A DNA stretch of 32,007 nucleotides from a virus (IMGVR_UViG_3300011339_001074:1-32007); one strand, 5' to 3'. Counted from the first letter of the stretch, positions 1 through 8,792 are shown. Numbers and translations are program-made. The notes: generated by a model not told the origin, from the sequence alone.

Positions 1-250
1 CAGCCACGCCCGCAGCAATAGCCGCCGCAGGTCCGATCACCAGACCAGCAGGGCCACCGACCTCCAGACCGTCGTTCAGTGCGTTGATCACCGCCATGGC
101 CGTGGTGATCGCCGCCGCCGCGAGCTTGGCCGCCTTCGAGATCGCGAACGCTTCCTGAGCGTGCTTCTGTTGGTCCGCGATCCGGCGCATGAGCTCACGT
201 TTCTGGGCTTGGGTGTAGACCTCGTCGCCGGCGATCAACTGGTCCGTCAA
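1..250. repeat. Terminal direct repeat, left copy (circular overlap)
   Basis: Aligns without gaps to 31758-32007, 238/250 identical (counted by hand). Confidence 0.95.
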
Positions 251-1528
251 GCTCTTCGCCGTGGACACGCTTGCTTGGTAGCTCTTCTCGAACCCCGCGG
301 ACATGGCCTCCAGCCCTTGCTCCGCGTAGCCGGCCACCGCGTTGGCGAAGAGCTTGGCGTTCTCCATGCGCGCTTTGGTGGCTTCGTCGTCCGCGGCTAT
401 GGCGTCCTTCGCCGTCTGCTTGTCCAGCGCGGCCAGCTGCTCCGCGGTGTACTTGTGATTGTCTCTGCGAGCCTTCTCGAGCTTCTCGGTGTCGACGCCC
501 ACCGCCATGTTGGCGGCGATCTGCTTCTTCAGCGCGGCGTCCCGCTCGAACCCTTCCCGCGCCACACGCTCGTGCTCGGTCTCACCCAGTTGGCTTGTGG
601 CCGCGGTCAGCGCGTTGGTGGCGTCGACGGCGGACAGGATCGCTTCCACTTGCGCGTGAGCACGGGACACGCGCTCCGCGTCCGCCGCGTCTGCCAGAGC
701 TTGGAGCCGGGCGAGCTCCTTGGTGGCCTCCGCCTGATCACGCGTGGCGCTCGCGTTGTCCTTCTTGGCCTTGGTGGACTTTGGCTCCATGACCGCGTTC
801 TGCGCGGCCAACTGCATGTATTTTCCTTGCTCGGTGTTGAGCGCGTCCAGCTTGCTCTTGGCTTCGGTGTACGCCTTGGCCTTGGCGGTGTCCGAGTACA
901 TCCACTCGGTGTTCCCCTTGGTGATCGCGTCCACCGCCTCTTGCTGTTTCTTGATCTGGGGTGCATACGCGTCGGTGACAGACTTCAACGCGTCCCGGAG
1001 CTCAAGCTCTTTTTGCGTAGCTTGGCCAGTTGCGATCAGGTTCTTGTCCGTGATCGAACGCTTCATGTTCTCAAGCTTGACGAACGCCGCAGTCGCTGCG
1101 TCGGAGCTTGCCGCGGCCTTGGCGTTGGCCTCGTCCACTTTCTCCAAGTCCTTGCTGAGCACGTAGTAGGCCGCACCGAGCGCCGCCGCGGCGATAGCCA
1201 CCGGACCCATGACCGCGAGCATGGACGACATGCTGATCCCGACAGCAGCGCCCGCAGCCGCAAGCCCTTGACCCGCGCTCGAGAGTCCCGCGATGGAGCT
1301 CGCCGCCGCGCCGGCTTCTGGGCTGATCTTGGACAGCACGCCACCGAGCGGACCGAGCGCCGCCGCAGCTTTGGACGCTGCTCCACCCATGCCACCAAGC
1401 GCGGGCGTGACCTTGGCGCTGGCCTTGTCGGCGCTTGCACCCAGGTTGTTCAGCGCCGCGTTGGCCTTGTTGGTCGCGCTGACGAGCGAGGACGCGTCAC
1501 CGGTGATCGGGATGTTGACGGAGCTCAT
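1..1528 (-). CDS. Tape measure protein, 5' part (continues across the circular junction into 31757-31429; ~618 aa total)
   Basis: Missing from the ORF track because it runs off the edge. ATG at 1528 overlaps the upstream TGA (ATGA). Begins MSSVNIPITGDASSLVSATNKA and is Ala/Gly-rich, then coiled-coil-like. Lies downstream of the tail tube and chaperone genes. Confidence 0.8.
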   Translation of the reverse strand, partial: MSSVNIPITGDASSLVSATNKANAALNNLGASADKASAKVTPALGGMGGAASKAAAALGPLGGVLSKISPEAGAAASSIAGLSSAGQGLAAAGAAVGISMSSMLAVMGPVAIAAAALGAAYYVLSKDLEKVDEANAKAAASSDAATAAFVKLENMKRSITDKNLIATGQATQKELELRDALKSVTDAYAPQIKKQQEAVDAITKGNTEWMYSDTAKAKAYTEAKSKLDALNTEQGKYMQLAAQNAVMEPKSTKAKKDNASATRDQAEATKELARLQALADAADAERVSRAHAQVEAILSAVDATNALTAATSQLGETEHERVAREGFERDAALKKQIAANMAVGVDTEKLEKARRDNHKYTAEQLAALDKQTAKDAIAADDEATKARMENAKLFANAVAGYAEQGLEAMSAGFEKSYQASVSTAKSLTDQLIAGDEVYTQAQKRELMRRIADQQKHAQEAFAISKAAKLAAAAITTAMAVINALNDGLEVGGPAGLVIGPAAAIAAGVA

Positions 1529-1974
1529 AGGGTGAAAGTCCTCACGGCTTTATTAGGGCCACCACGTGGTCCAAGTTTTTTAGGTGCTACCGGCGCGTTC
1601 AGATCGTCCTCTATCGCACGTTTGAGGTCCGCGATCATGGCCGGGATCAAGGTCAACTGGACCTCCTCCCAGATGCGCTCCCACTCGATCACGGGAGTCC
1701 CCGAACGGTGGACACCGCCGGAGTAGTCCGCGCTGTTCAGAATGTAGAGTGTCACCGCGGTTGTGCTTGTGGTCTCAATCCGGCTGGACCACTGCTTGAG
1801 GGACACATTCCGTTCGTCCCCGGCTGGACGGCCTCGGTACAGCCAGCCCACCCAGCTCCTCTTGAACGCCTTGAGAATCCGGGACTCGTGCTTGGTAAAC
1901 ACGCGCCGTTCAATGTCCGTCAAGCGCCTTTGAAAGTCGCCGAAGTCACACGTGGAGATCGCTTCAACGGACAC
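1525..1974 (-). CDS. Putative neck/tail-completion protein, possibly a divergent HK97 gp10-like paralog
   Basis: 149 aa, coupled to both neighbours. LYILNSADYSGGVH resembles TIYNDVDYVEYIV of the adjacent gene. Confidence 0.45.
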   Translation of the reverse strand: MSVEAISTCDFGDFQRRLTDIERRVFTKHESRILKAFKRSWVGWLYRGRPAGDERNVSLKQWSSRIETTSTTAVTLYILNSADYSGGVHRSGTPVIEWERIWEEVQLTLIPAMIADLKRAIEDDLNAPVAPKKLGPRGGPNKAVRTFTL

Positions 1975-2398
1975 GGCGTCGCCTCGTTGGTCCCGGAGTG
2001 GGCTCCACGTACGCGGCTTCAGCGATGTCCACAGCGGTCCGCATCTGCGCCAACAATAGCTCGCGGTTGTCGCTGATCACCTGCGGAATGATAATGTCGA
2101 TGATCGGGGTGCCGCCATTCTCCACGCTCGCGGAGCCCTTCTCCACGATGTACTCCACGTAGTCAACGTCATTGTAGATCGTGAAGCCCACTTGGCCTCC
2201 GGTCATAAGCTCGTACCGGAACGCGTCCCGGCTTGTCGACGTGTCGACGGGCCATGCCTCTTCAATGTCCGCCACGATCAGCTCAGCCAGCTGGTCAAGC
2301 TCTTGGATCTCGGACAGCTCGAGGTACCGGAAGCCGCGGTGCTTCTGAATGATGTACTGTTCGATGGACTCGAGCCGAACGGGTACCTCGAGCGCCAT
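1964..2398 (-). CDS. HK97 gp10-like neck/tail-completion protein
   Basis: WPVDTSTSRDAF...IYNDVDYVEYIVEKG matches the PVDTG..R.S / N..YA..VE.G pattern of the family. Confidence 0.6.
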   Translation of the reverse strand: MALEVPVRLESIEQYIIQKHRGFRYLELSEIQELDQLAELIVADIEEAWPVDTSTSRDAFRYELMTGGQVGFTIYNDVDYVEYIVEKGSASVENGGTPIIDIIIPQVISDNRELLLAQMRTAVDIAEAAYVEPTPGPTRRRRVR

Positions 2399-2676
2399 TA
2401 GCGTGCAGCCCAGTCAGCGAACGCGGCCAGAGCTGGATCGCTGCTTGGCTTGGTGGCCGGGGTGCGCTGGACGTTGGTCATGCGAACATGATCACCCGCG
2501 GAGACCGGAGCCAGCGTGTTCCGCCAGCCGTCCTCAGAGTCTCGGGTGATTAGGTGAGCGACGAGATCCACGTACTGGTCCTCCGGGAGATCGTAAGCGG
2601 CGTGAACGCCCCCAAGGTGTCTGGCGCCGTGCTCGATCAGGAGGGCGTCAAACCGTCCGTGGGGGCTGCGGAAAAA
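2398..2676 (-). CDS. Frameshifted C-terminal extension of the tail assembly chaperone (lambda gpT-equivalent)
   Basis: The -1 frame is open for 92 codons from the T5 run at 2672-2676 (FFRSPHGRFDALLIEHGARHL...AAFADWAAR*). It ends in a TAA overlapping the next ATG (TAATG) and has no upstream start of its own. Confidence 0.7.
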   Translation of the reverse strand, partial: FFRSPHGRFDALLIEHGARHLGGVHAAYDLPEDQYVDLVAHLITRDSEDGWRNTLAPVSAGDHVRMTNVQRTPATKPSSDPALAAFADWAAR

Positions 2677-3110
2677 CTGGAGCGAGCCATGGCCATGTTG
2701 ATCAAGCTCTGGCGCTGGTACAGCTCTGGAGCGATGCCGGCGAGGAGCTCAATCAAGTCCAGCAGCGTGAAGCCGTGATCCTGTAGCTCCTCGGCTACCC
2801 TGTTGCCGTACGCCAACAGGTCCGAGTCCTCGAGCTTGGACAGGTCCATGACGGTCTCGAGCTCGAGCGACGGATCATACCAGCACGCCCCGACCACCAG
2901 CCCGGCAAACGGAAGCACGCGCTCCGCGGTCTCTTGCGGGCTGAGGTCCTTGTCCTGGTCTCGGTGATTGATCAGACATCGGACCACCGAGCTCGCCACG
3001 CCGTAGTACGGATGACGGAAGGTGAGCGGGGCGTGGTCACCGATGGTCAGCAGCCAGTACCGGTCTGGCAGCGGGGACGGGATGGACAACGGCTTGACGC
3101 GGGACTTCAC
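2637..3110 (-). CDS. Tail assembly chaperone (lambda gpG-equivalent)
   Basis: 157 aa, between tail tube and tape measure genes, with a slippery T-run near its 3' end. Confidence 0.6.
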   Translation of the reverse strand: MKSRVKPLSIPSPLPDRYWLLTIGDHAPLTFRHPYYGVASSVVRCLINHRDQDKDLSPQETAERVLPFAGLVVGACWYDPSLELETVMDLSKLEDSDLLAYGNRVAEELQDHGFTLLDLIELLAGIAPELYQRQSLINMAMARSSFSAAPTDGLTPS

Positions 3111-3415
3111 TCACCACCTCCGAGTGCCAACGGGGAAGGCGGCTCTTTGGTTACGGTCTCGAACCGCTCGGTGGCGGGCAGGACCGGGTGCGCGTAGCAC
3201 TGCTGAGAGTTGCGAGCGTCCCGAACAATCAGAACGTCCCAGTCGTTGCCTTCAGCAAGGAGCGCCAGCCGCTTCAGACACCACTTGATCCGGGCTTTCA
3301 GATCGTAGGCACAGTCTCCGAATGGCTGCTTCTGGCGCCAGCCGGGCCAGATCTGATCCATCTCGGCTTCAAGCTTCTGGATCTTTTCGAGAATGACGGG
3401 GGAGTGGGCGTGCAT
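3107..3415 (-). CDS. Hypothetical protein (102 aa)
   Basis: AGGAGG RBS before ATG 3415 (MHAHSPVILEK...); stop overlaps the next GTG. Confidence 0.65.
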   Translation of the reverse strand: MHAHSPVILEKIQKLEAEMDQIWPGWRQKQPFGDCAYDLKARIKWCLKRLALLAEGNDWDVLIVRDARNSQQCYAHPVLPATERFETVTKEPPSPLALGGGE

Positions 3416-3443
3416 GACAAACCCTCCTATGGTGCGGGGTGAA

Positions 3444-3989
3444 CTACGCGGAGCGACCGAGAACGAGGACGTCCCACGCGTTGGTGGAGCCAGCCACCGC
3501 GCTCGTGGTGATCGAGAGGATGTCGCCGGTTCCAGCGGTGACGGGTACGCCGTCCGCCGCGTACAGCACCAGCCAGCCACCGGGCGAGCAGACGTTGCCC
3601 TGGTCTGCGTCCGCGGCGAGGTCCGCGGGCCAGAATCCAAGGCCACCAGCCAGACGCCCGAACCCGTTGGCCGCAGCCGGCGCCAGCGTGATGTTGGCCA
3701 GCGCCGTGGTCCGGTTGTTCCGGAGCGCGATCAACACCACCTCGGCGAACTGGATCACGTTCCCGAACGAGTCGGTGAGCGCGCCGGACAAGTCCATGTT
3801 GGTGGTGGCGCTTGCGGCCATGCCAACGCGGGACGCGGACCACGCGAGGTCAATCTGTCCGTCTGCCAGACCGTTGTTGAGCTCCACAGCCGTGGCGAAC
3901 TGGATCGGGATCACACCAGCTTTGAGGCCGGCGGAGAGCACGTCGCGAGCGGTGATCTGGAGAGAGACTGAAGCGGTAGCGTTTCCCAT
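3444..3989 (-). CDS. Putative virion structural protein (beta-rich, Ala/Thr/Gly-rich)
   Basis: 181 aa, AAGGAG RBS, directly follows the tail tube candidate. Confidence 0.6.
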   Translation of the reverse strand: MGNATASVSLQITARDVLSAGLKAGVIPIQFATAVELNNGLADGQIDLAWSASRVGMAASATTNMDLSGALTDSFGNVIQFAEVVLIALRNNRTTALANITLAPAAANGFGRLAGGLGFWPADLAADADQGNVCSPGGWLVLYAADGVPVTAGTGDILSITTSAVAGSTNAWDVLVLGRSA

Positions 3990-4001
3990 GATCGGAGCTC
4001 C

Positions 4002-4511
4002 TTAGGACAGGGTGGGGCGGACGGCGTAGCTGGTGAAGCTGCACGCGAACTTGTTGGGATCGCCTTCCGCGATGTTCCCGCGGAGGACTACGAACGGGAG
4101 CACCAAGCTTTTATCGGCCTCGCCGAACGGGGTGCCGTCGATCGTGTAGGTACACGTGACGGTGAACACGTCCGAGTTGGCGCCCATGGTGCTGATCCAG
4201 TTGGTCGACACGTAGCGAGCCGTGAAGCGCATGATCAGATCGTTCAGGCTGACGTAGCTGTTCCCGGTGTCACCAAGGTCCGAGAGGTACGCGCTGAACC
4301 CGCCGGACATCGGAGCTTCGTCCCCGATTCGGATCATGGGGATCGCACCGATCACGCCACGGTCCAGCACGTGGACGATGGAGTAGTCAGGCATGTTCAA
4401 CGTAAAGGACCCGTCCTCGCGGACGATGGTGTACGTGTGCGCCGCGCCGTTGTCGCTGAACAAGATCTGGCCGTCGCGCTTCGTACGGACGACGGTGGAT
4501 TCAACTGCCAT
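4002..4511 (-). CDS. Putative major tail (tube) protein
   Basis: 169 aa with a beta-strand pattern and C-terminal AEGDPNKFACSFT. Lies after a terminator-like gene and before the chaperone. Confidence 0.55.
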   Translation of the reverse strand: MAVESTVVRTKRDGQILFSDNGAAHTYTIVREDGSFTLNMPDYSIVHVLDRGVIGAIPMIRIGDEAPMSGGFSAYLSDLGDTGNSYVSLNDLIMRFTARYVSTNWISTMGANSDVFTVTCTYTIDGTPFGEADKSLVLPFVVLRGNIAEGDPNKFACSFTSYAVRPTLS

Positions 4512-4550
4512 GGGATACCTCGAGGTTGGAAGTGTTTAGCATGAAACGAG

Positions 4551-5006
4551 TCAAGCGGTGAGCCCTGACCATGACCAGTCACATTCAAGTGTGAACGCGA
4601 GCTCAAGGATCATGTACTCCCTGGACGGAGTGGGCGTGCGCCTGGTCTCCATCCACTTGACTACCGCAAACGGGACGTTCGAGCGCCGGAGCATGACGGC
4701 CATGATCTTTTCTTCGATGTCGCCCGCAGCCAGCAGCGATTCAAACTGAGCCATGGGGCGGATCTGCTTCAGCACCGAGAGCGTCAGCGCGTGGACCACG
4801 CGGGCGGAGTCCTCGCCGCCCTCGCGATACAGCTGGGTGTCCGCGCTCTGAATCGCCATGCAGTAGCTGTTGTCCACGAGGGACTTGGGGAGGTCGCCGG
4901 CGCTGAACAGAGCGGGCGAGCGTTTGAGTCCAGTCCCACACAGCACCGCGTCCACTTGCGTAAGCAAGCTCCGGAGCGTGTGGTCTTGGCGCTCGCGGAC
5001 GCTCAC
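4551..5006 (-). CDS. Putative tail terminator / head-tail joining protein
   Basis: 151 aa, alpha/beta pattern, immediately upstream of the tube gene (synteny). Confidence 0.45.
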   Translation of the reverse strand: MSVRERQDHTLRSLLTQVDAVLCGTGLKRSPALFSAGDLPKSLVDNSYCMAIQSADTQLYREGGEDSARVVHALTLSVLKQIRPMAQFESLLAAGDIEEKIMAVMLRRSNVPFAVVKWMETRRTPTPSREYMILELAFTLECDWSWSGLTA

Positions 5007-5896
5007 GACCCGCCCAGTCCGATCACAACGACGGAGCCAGCCACTCCGGGGTTAGCAGCTCCACCAGTGCCTACCGGGGTGCCAACGGCTCCACCGTTTG
5101 CTTGGATAATGCCACAGGACGCCACCGGGGTGTCGGTGATCAGGAACACGATCCCGCCGCCGCCGCCGCCGCCACCAGATGCGCTGCCACCGCTCGAGGT
5201 CGAAGCGTTGCCACCGGCGCCACCGTTGGCTGAGATGCGCCCAGCGTTGGTCACGGCCTTGGCAGCGACCCAGCAGATGCCGCCGCCAGAACCGCCACCG
5301 CCGGACGAGGTGGTGGTAGCCGAGGAGCAGCCACCAGAGCCACCGCCCGCGCCGCCAGTCCACGCCGTTCCGGCTGCGGAGCGACCCTGTAGCCAGTTGC
5401 CCCACGGGCCTTGGTTGGCTGCTGTAGCCGTGCCCGCACTTCCGCCAGCCTGTGCCCCAGACGTGCCGCCCGCGCCGCCCGCAGGTAGGGCGTTCGCGTT
5501 GTTGAGCGCAGCTGCGCTGCTGGCCGATCCCCCTGCTCCGCCGCCAACGGTATTGATCACGCCGCCCGCGCCCGCGCCGGTCAGCCCACGACAGGAGCTA
5601 CCACCCGTGAGCGCACCGCCGGCGGTGCTCCCGCTCGCGGCGTTGCCATCGTCGTGGACGCTGCCAGAAGCGGAGATCGTCAGGGTGCCAGCTACATGCA
5701 GCTTCCAGCCCGCGGTACGGAGTGATCCCGTGCCTTGAATGGTCACATTCTGATAGTAGCTGTCTTTGGTTAGGCTGATAGGAGTGGCGGTTGGGACGAC
5801 AAGATCCCCCATGCTCCCCGGGCCGTACATCTGAGACATGAACCCGGTGGGAAGGCCGCTACTTGCCGCCGCGCCGGAAGTCTGTGACCAGCTCAT
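5003..5896 (-). CDS. Glycine-rich virion protein
   Basis: 297 aa with repeated GGAGGGSGG, GGGGSGGGI, ISANGGAGG and GGGGGGGGIV tracts. Confidence 0.7.
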   Translation of the reverse strand: MSWSQTSGAAASSGLPTGFMSQMYGPGSMGDLVVPTATPISLTKDSYYQNVTIQGTGSLRTAGWKLHVAGTLTISASGSVHDDGNAASGSTAGGALTGGSSCRGLTGAGAGGVINTVGGGAGGSASSAAALNNANALPAGGAGGTSGAQAGGSAGTATAANQGPWGNWLQGRSAAGTAWTGGAGGGSGGCSSATTTSSGGGGSGGGICWVAAKAVTNAGRISANGGAGGNASTSSGGSASGGGGGGGGIVFLITDTPVASCGIIQANGGAVGTPVGTGGAANPGVAGSVVVIGLGGS

Positions 5897-6294
5897 ACGT
5901 CGTGTCCTTCGGCCACCACGATCTCAGTCGAGACCGAATGATCGGCTGCGGCGTTGCTGGGGAGCGACCGTCCAAAGATCTTTGCTCCGGTCAGTCCACT
6001 GTACTTCAACTGGGTGCTGTCGTTGATCAGCGCCGCCGTAGTTGAGTTGACTCCGATCACGTCGTTGGTCGTGGTCGTGAATCCAACCGTGCGGCCCAGA
6101 CGCGGGTTGATCGTCGTGCCGGTCCCCGCGGTCAGGTTGGCGCGGTACAGGACCACCGTCCCGATAGGCGGAGCTCCGGTCAACGTAAACGTGTCCGTGG
6201 GTGCGGCGCCGGTCTCGCTGACCGTCCACCGGTAGGTGGCGCGGCCTTTGATCATGCTGATCGTGGGTCCGGTTACGGTCGAAACGTAGGCCAT
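5893..6294 (-). CDS. Putative structural protein (Thr-rich, beta-rich)
   Basis: 133 aa, start and stop coupled to neighbours. Confidence 0.65.
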   Translation of the reverse strand: MAYVSTVTGPTISMIKGRATYRWTVSETGAAPTDTFTLTGAPPIGTVVLYRANLTAGTGTTINPRLGRTVGFTTTTNDVIGVNSTTAALINDSTQLKYSGLTGAKIFGRSLPSNAAADHSVSTEIVVAEGHDV

Positions 6295-7046
6295 TAGATC
6301 CTCCGAGGTCCGAACGGGCGATAGGCCATGCTCGGCGCGTAGTTGGTGTAGATGAGGGGACGGGCGGCCACACTCGGCGCGGAGCTCGCCCGCGTGTTGA
6401 CCTCGCTCATATCGTACTCGAGCCGGAGCCGGTCGAACGCCGCCACGGCCTCCTCGCGGTAGACCACGGCGCGTTCACCGAACCGACCATCACCCGAATA
6501 CGTGGACAGGTCCGTAAAGATCAGGTCCAGCGCCATGGCCGCATGCCAGTCGGTCAGCGCGTAGTCGTTCATGATCAGGTACGGGCGCTTTCCGTCCTGG
6601 AGGAGTCGCCGTTGGCACATCCCCCACGCCTCGTCCAAGTAGGGCTGGTAGCTGGAGATCGTGGGCGGACGAATCGCGGCGAGGTCAGCCACGCGGCGGA
6701 TCAAAAGCGGTTCGGTGACCGTGGGGTGAAGCAGCCGGAGACACAGGTACGCGTCCCGGCGGAAGGTCTCCACGTGGCCGTCCCCGAACGTCAGGACCCA
6801 CTCCTCTTGCCAGTAGGCGGAGAGCGAAGTGGCCAACGGAATATCGGTGGCCAACACGGTGTAGCTCGGGACGCCGTTGGTCTGGACCGTCGCACCGGTG
6901 ACCACCGTCACGGTGGACTGGTCCTTGAGCGTGAACACGCCGGACACCACCGACACAACAGAACCGCCCGAATAGACAGGCAGGGACACGGTTTGAGCCC
7001 GTGTCCGCTCGTAGAACGAGGGAAGTTGTGAGTCGATGGAGTACAT
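6294..7046 (-). CDS. Putative head-tail adaptor with N-terminal beta domain
   Basis: 250 aa, AAGGAG RBS, helical C-terminal half, located after the head genes. Confidence 0.45.
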   Translation of the reverse strand: MYSIDSQLPSFYERTRAQTVSLPVYSGGSVVSVVSGVFTLKDQSTVTVVTGATVQTNGVPSYTVLATDIPLATSLSAYWQEEWVLTFGDGHVETFRRDAYLCLRLLHPTVTEPLLIRRVADLAAIRPPTISSYQPYLDEAWGMCQRRLLQDGKRPYLIMNDYALTDWHAAMALDLIFTDLSTYSGDGRFGERAVVYREEAVAAFDRLRLEYDMSEVNTRASSAPSVAARPLIYTNYAPSMAYRPFGPRRI

Positions 7047-7055
7047 GGCGCTCCT

Positions 7056-7631
7056 TTACTTGAACGCGATGATCTTGAACTTCTCGCCCAACGTGCAGGT
7101 CACGGTGACGTTGGTGGCGTCCGCGGACTCCGCGGAGATCACGTACGCGCCACCGGTCAGGTTCGAGGGGATCGCGTAGAACAGCGAGGGCGTGACGCCG
7201 AGACCGTGAGCGATGGTCTGGGGCGAGCCGGTGCCGGTCTGCTCAGCGGACTTGAAGTTGCTTCCGCTCTGGAGCGAGGGGGCCGGGGACGGAGCGTGGA
7301 CCAGCGTCCAAGCCGTGCCGCTGTACACCACGTGGCAGCTCTGGCCGGGAGCCAAGGTGCACAGCGTGGTAGCCGCGGGACGGTTGATCGTCAGGTTGTA
7401 GGTGGTGCCGGAGTTGTAGATCAGATGCCAGTTGCCCTTCTTGGCGCCCTGGGCAGTCGTCGGGAGGGTGACCACGCGGGTCCCCGTCGACGGGTTCAGC
7501 GCGATCATCTCTTCGTAGTACGGGGTGATCGTCAGAGCGGCGGTGATCGTCTGGATCGCCACGCCGTCGCCCGCGTACGCAAGCCGGCGATAGAACTGGA
7601 AGGGGGTGGTGGACTTGATCGAAGCGGGCAT
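7056..7631 (-). CDS. Putative head decoration / fibre-like protein
   Basis: 191 aa, Thr-rich. VVTLPTTA and TIAHGLGVTP segments are typical of phage fibre and decoration proteins. Confidence 0.55.
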   Translation of the reverse strand: MPASIKSTTPFQFYRRLAYAGDGVAIQTITAALTITPYYEEMIALNPSTGTRVVTLPTTAQGAKKGNWHLIYNSGTTYNLTINRPAATTLCTLAPGQSCHVVYSGTAWTLVHAPSPAPSLQSGSNFKSAEQTGTGSPQTIAHGLGVTPSLFYAIPSNLTGGAYVISAESADATNVTVTCTLGEKFKIIAFK

Positions 7632-7670
7632 GTGAACCTCTGAAGGGGAGGGGGTTGAAAGTCTCTTCTG

Positions 7671-7838
7671 TTACCGGTTGTTCTTCCGGTCCCAGTCTCT
7701 GGCGAGCTCGCGGGCCTTGCGCTCGGCTTCGGCTGGCTTGACGCCACCCTTGACCAGATCACGCGTAACCGCGTCCATGGCTTGACGCGATCCGGGCTGT
7801 TCTCCCGAACCGGTCCCAACGAACCTCGTCTCAGCCAC
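7671..7838 (-). CDS. Small hypothetical protein (55 aa), not in the ORF track
   Basis: GTG overlaps the end of the upstream gene; reads MAETRFVGTGSGEQPGSRQAMDAVTRDLVKGGVKPAEAERKARELARDWDRKNNR*; fills the operon gap. Confidence 0.6.
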   Translation of the reverse strand: MAETRFVGTGSGEQPGSRQAMDAVTRDLVKGGVKPAEAERKARELARDWDRKNNR

Positions 7839-8094
7839 CGAACGCCGCCTTGGCCAAAGCGGCCTTGACTTTGGAGCGGTCCGCGGGCTTGATGTCCTTC
7901 ATGGTGGCTGGCATCTCCATCTCCATCTCGTGCTCCGCGGGCTCGGAGATCTCTTCCACGCCGGCCTCGAGCTGGGCCATGGTGAAGGTCATCTCATTCC
8001 CGTCCGCGTCCACGACGGTGTACGCGTCGGCGGGTCCAGACACGGTGTACTCAACACCGTCAACGGTCACAAGGTCGCCAGAAGAATAAGGCAT
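7831..8094 (-). CDS. Acidic hypothetical protein (87 aa)
   Basis: Fits the operon; GC3-biased codons. Confidence 0.65.
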   Translation of the reverse strand: MPYSSGDLVTVDGVEYTVSGPADAYTVVDADGNEMTFTMAQLEAGVEEISEPAEHEMEMEMPATMKDIKPADRSKVKAALAKAAFGG

Positions 8095-8099
8095 GAGGA

Positions 8100-8792
8100 T
8101 TAGTCCGGAGTGTGAGGGGATGTATCGCGTTCGACGCGGAAGGTGCGCTTCACGCTTGCGGCTTTCGGTTTGGTCAGGCCAACGGTCAGCGCTTCCATAG
8201 CCGCGATGTCCGCGGTAAGCTTGGCGATTGTGCGCTGCTTGCTGGTGGTGTTGAGCGGTACCTGCTCCATGGTGGAGAGGGCTTCCCGCTTGCTCGCGAT
8301 CACGAGCTCCGCGATGGTGCTGTTCATGACACAGATCCCAACGTCCACGAGGTGGGCGCGGAAAGAATCAAATGCTTTTTCGTCGCGGCGCCAGATCACA
8401 CGCCCGGCCACCATCTCAGGAGCTTCAAAGATCGTCAGGTAGTACTTTCCGACCGAGCCATACGCCGGGTTCGTCGCGGGGACGGTGGCGATGTAGTGTT
8501 TGTATTCGCCCAGGCGGTCGTCGTCGGGGATGATGCACGCGCAGCCCTTGGCCCGGTAGATGCGGCGGACCGCCTCTGGGTCGACCTGCCCGTTGTCGTC
8601 GTAGTTGTTGAGACCACGCATGAAAAAGATCGGAGAGAGGATTGGGAGCCACCGACCGTCCTTCACTTCCCAGTCCAGAGGCTTGTGGATCAGCTCGTGG
8701 ACGTTATTCAACCACTCAACAGGTAAGTAGTCGCGGGCTTCCTTAGAAGTCCGTACGCGTTCTGGGGAGAATGACTTGGCGGTGAGATCCAT
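8100..8792 (-). CDS. Hypothetical protein following the capsid gene (230 aa)
   Basis: GGAG RBS before ATG 8792 (MDLTAKSF...), preferred over the track start at 8819. Confidence 0.7.
   Translation of the reverse strand: MDLTAKSFSPERVRTSKEARDYLPVEWLNNVHELIHKPLDWEVKDGRWLPILSPIFFMRGLNNYDDNGQVDPEAVRRIYRAKGCACIIPDDDRLGEYKHYIATVPATNPAYGSVGKYYLTIFEAPEMVAGRVIWRRDEKAFDSFRAHLVDVGICVMNSTIAELVIASKREALSTMEQVPLNTTSKQRTIAKLTADIAAMEALTVGLTKPKAASVKRTFRVERDTSPHTPD

Noticed and set aside
1-250. Diverged repeat pair as a DGR template/variable region
   Set aside because: Mismatches are not adenine-specific and are mostly synonymous; no reverse transcriptase gene is present.
161-1726. 521-aa plus-strand ORF (likewise 8776..9783, 17196..18812, 29568..31562 and many others)
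   Set aside because: Antisense shadows of real minus-strand genes, expected at high GC3; Arg/Gly/Leu-rich with no motifs or operon coupling.
4791-5738. Proline-rich 315-aa plus-strand ORF
   Set aside because: Reverse complement of the glycine codons of the Gly-rich gene.
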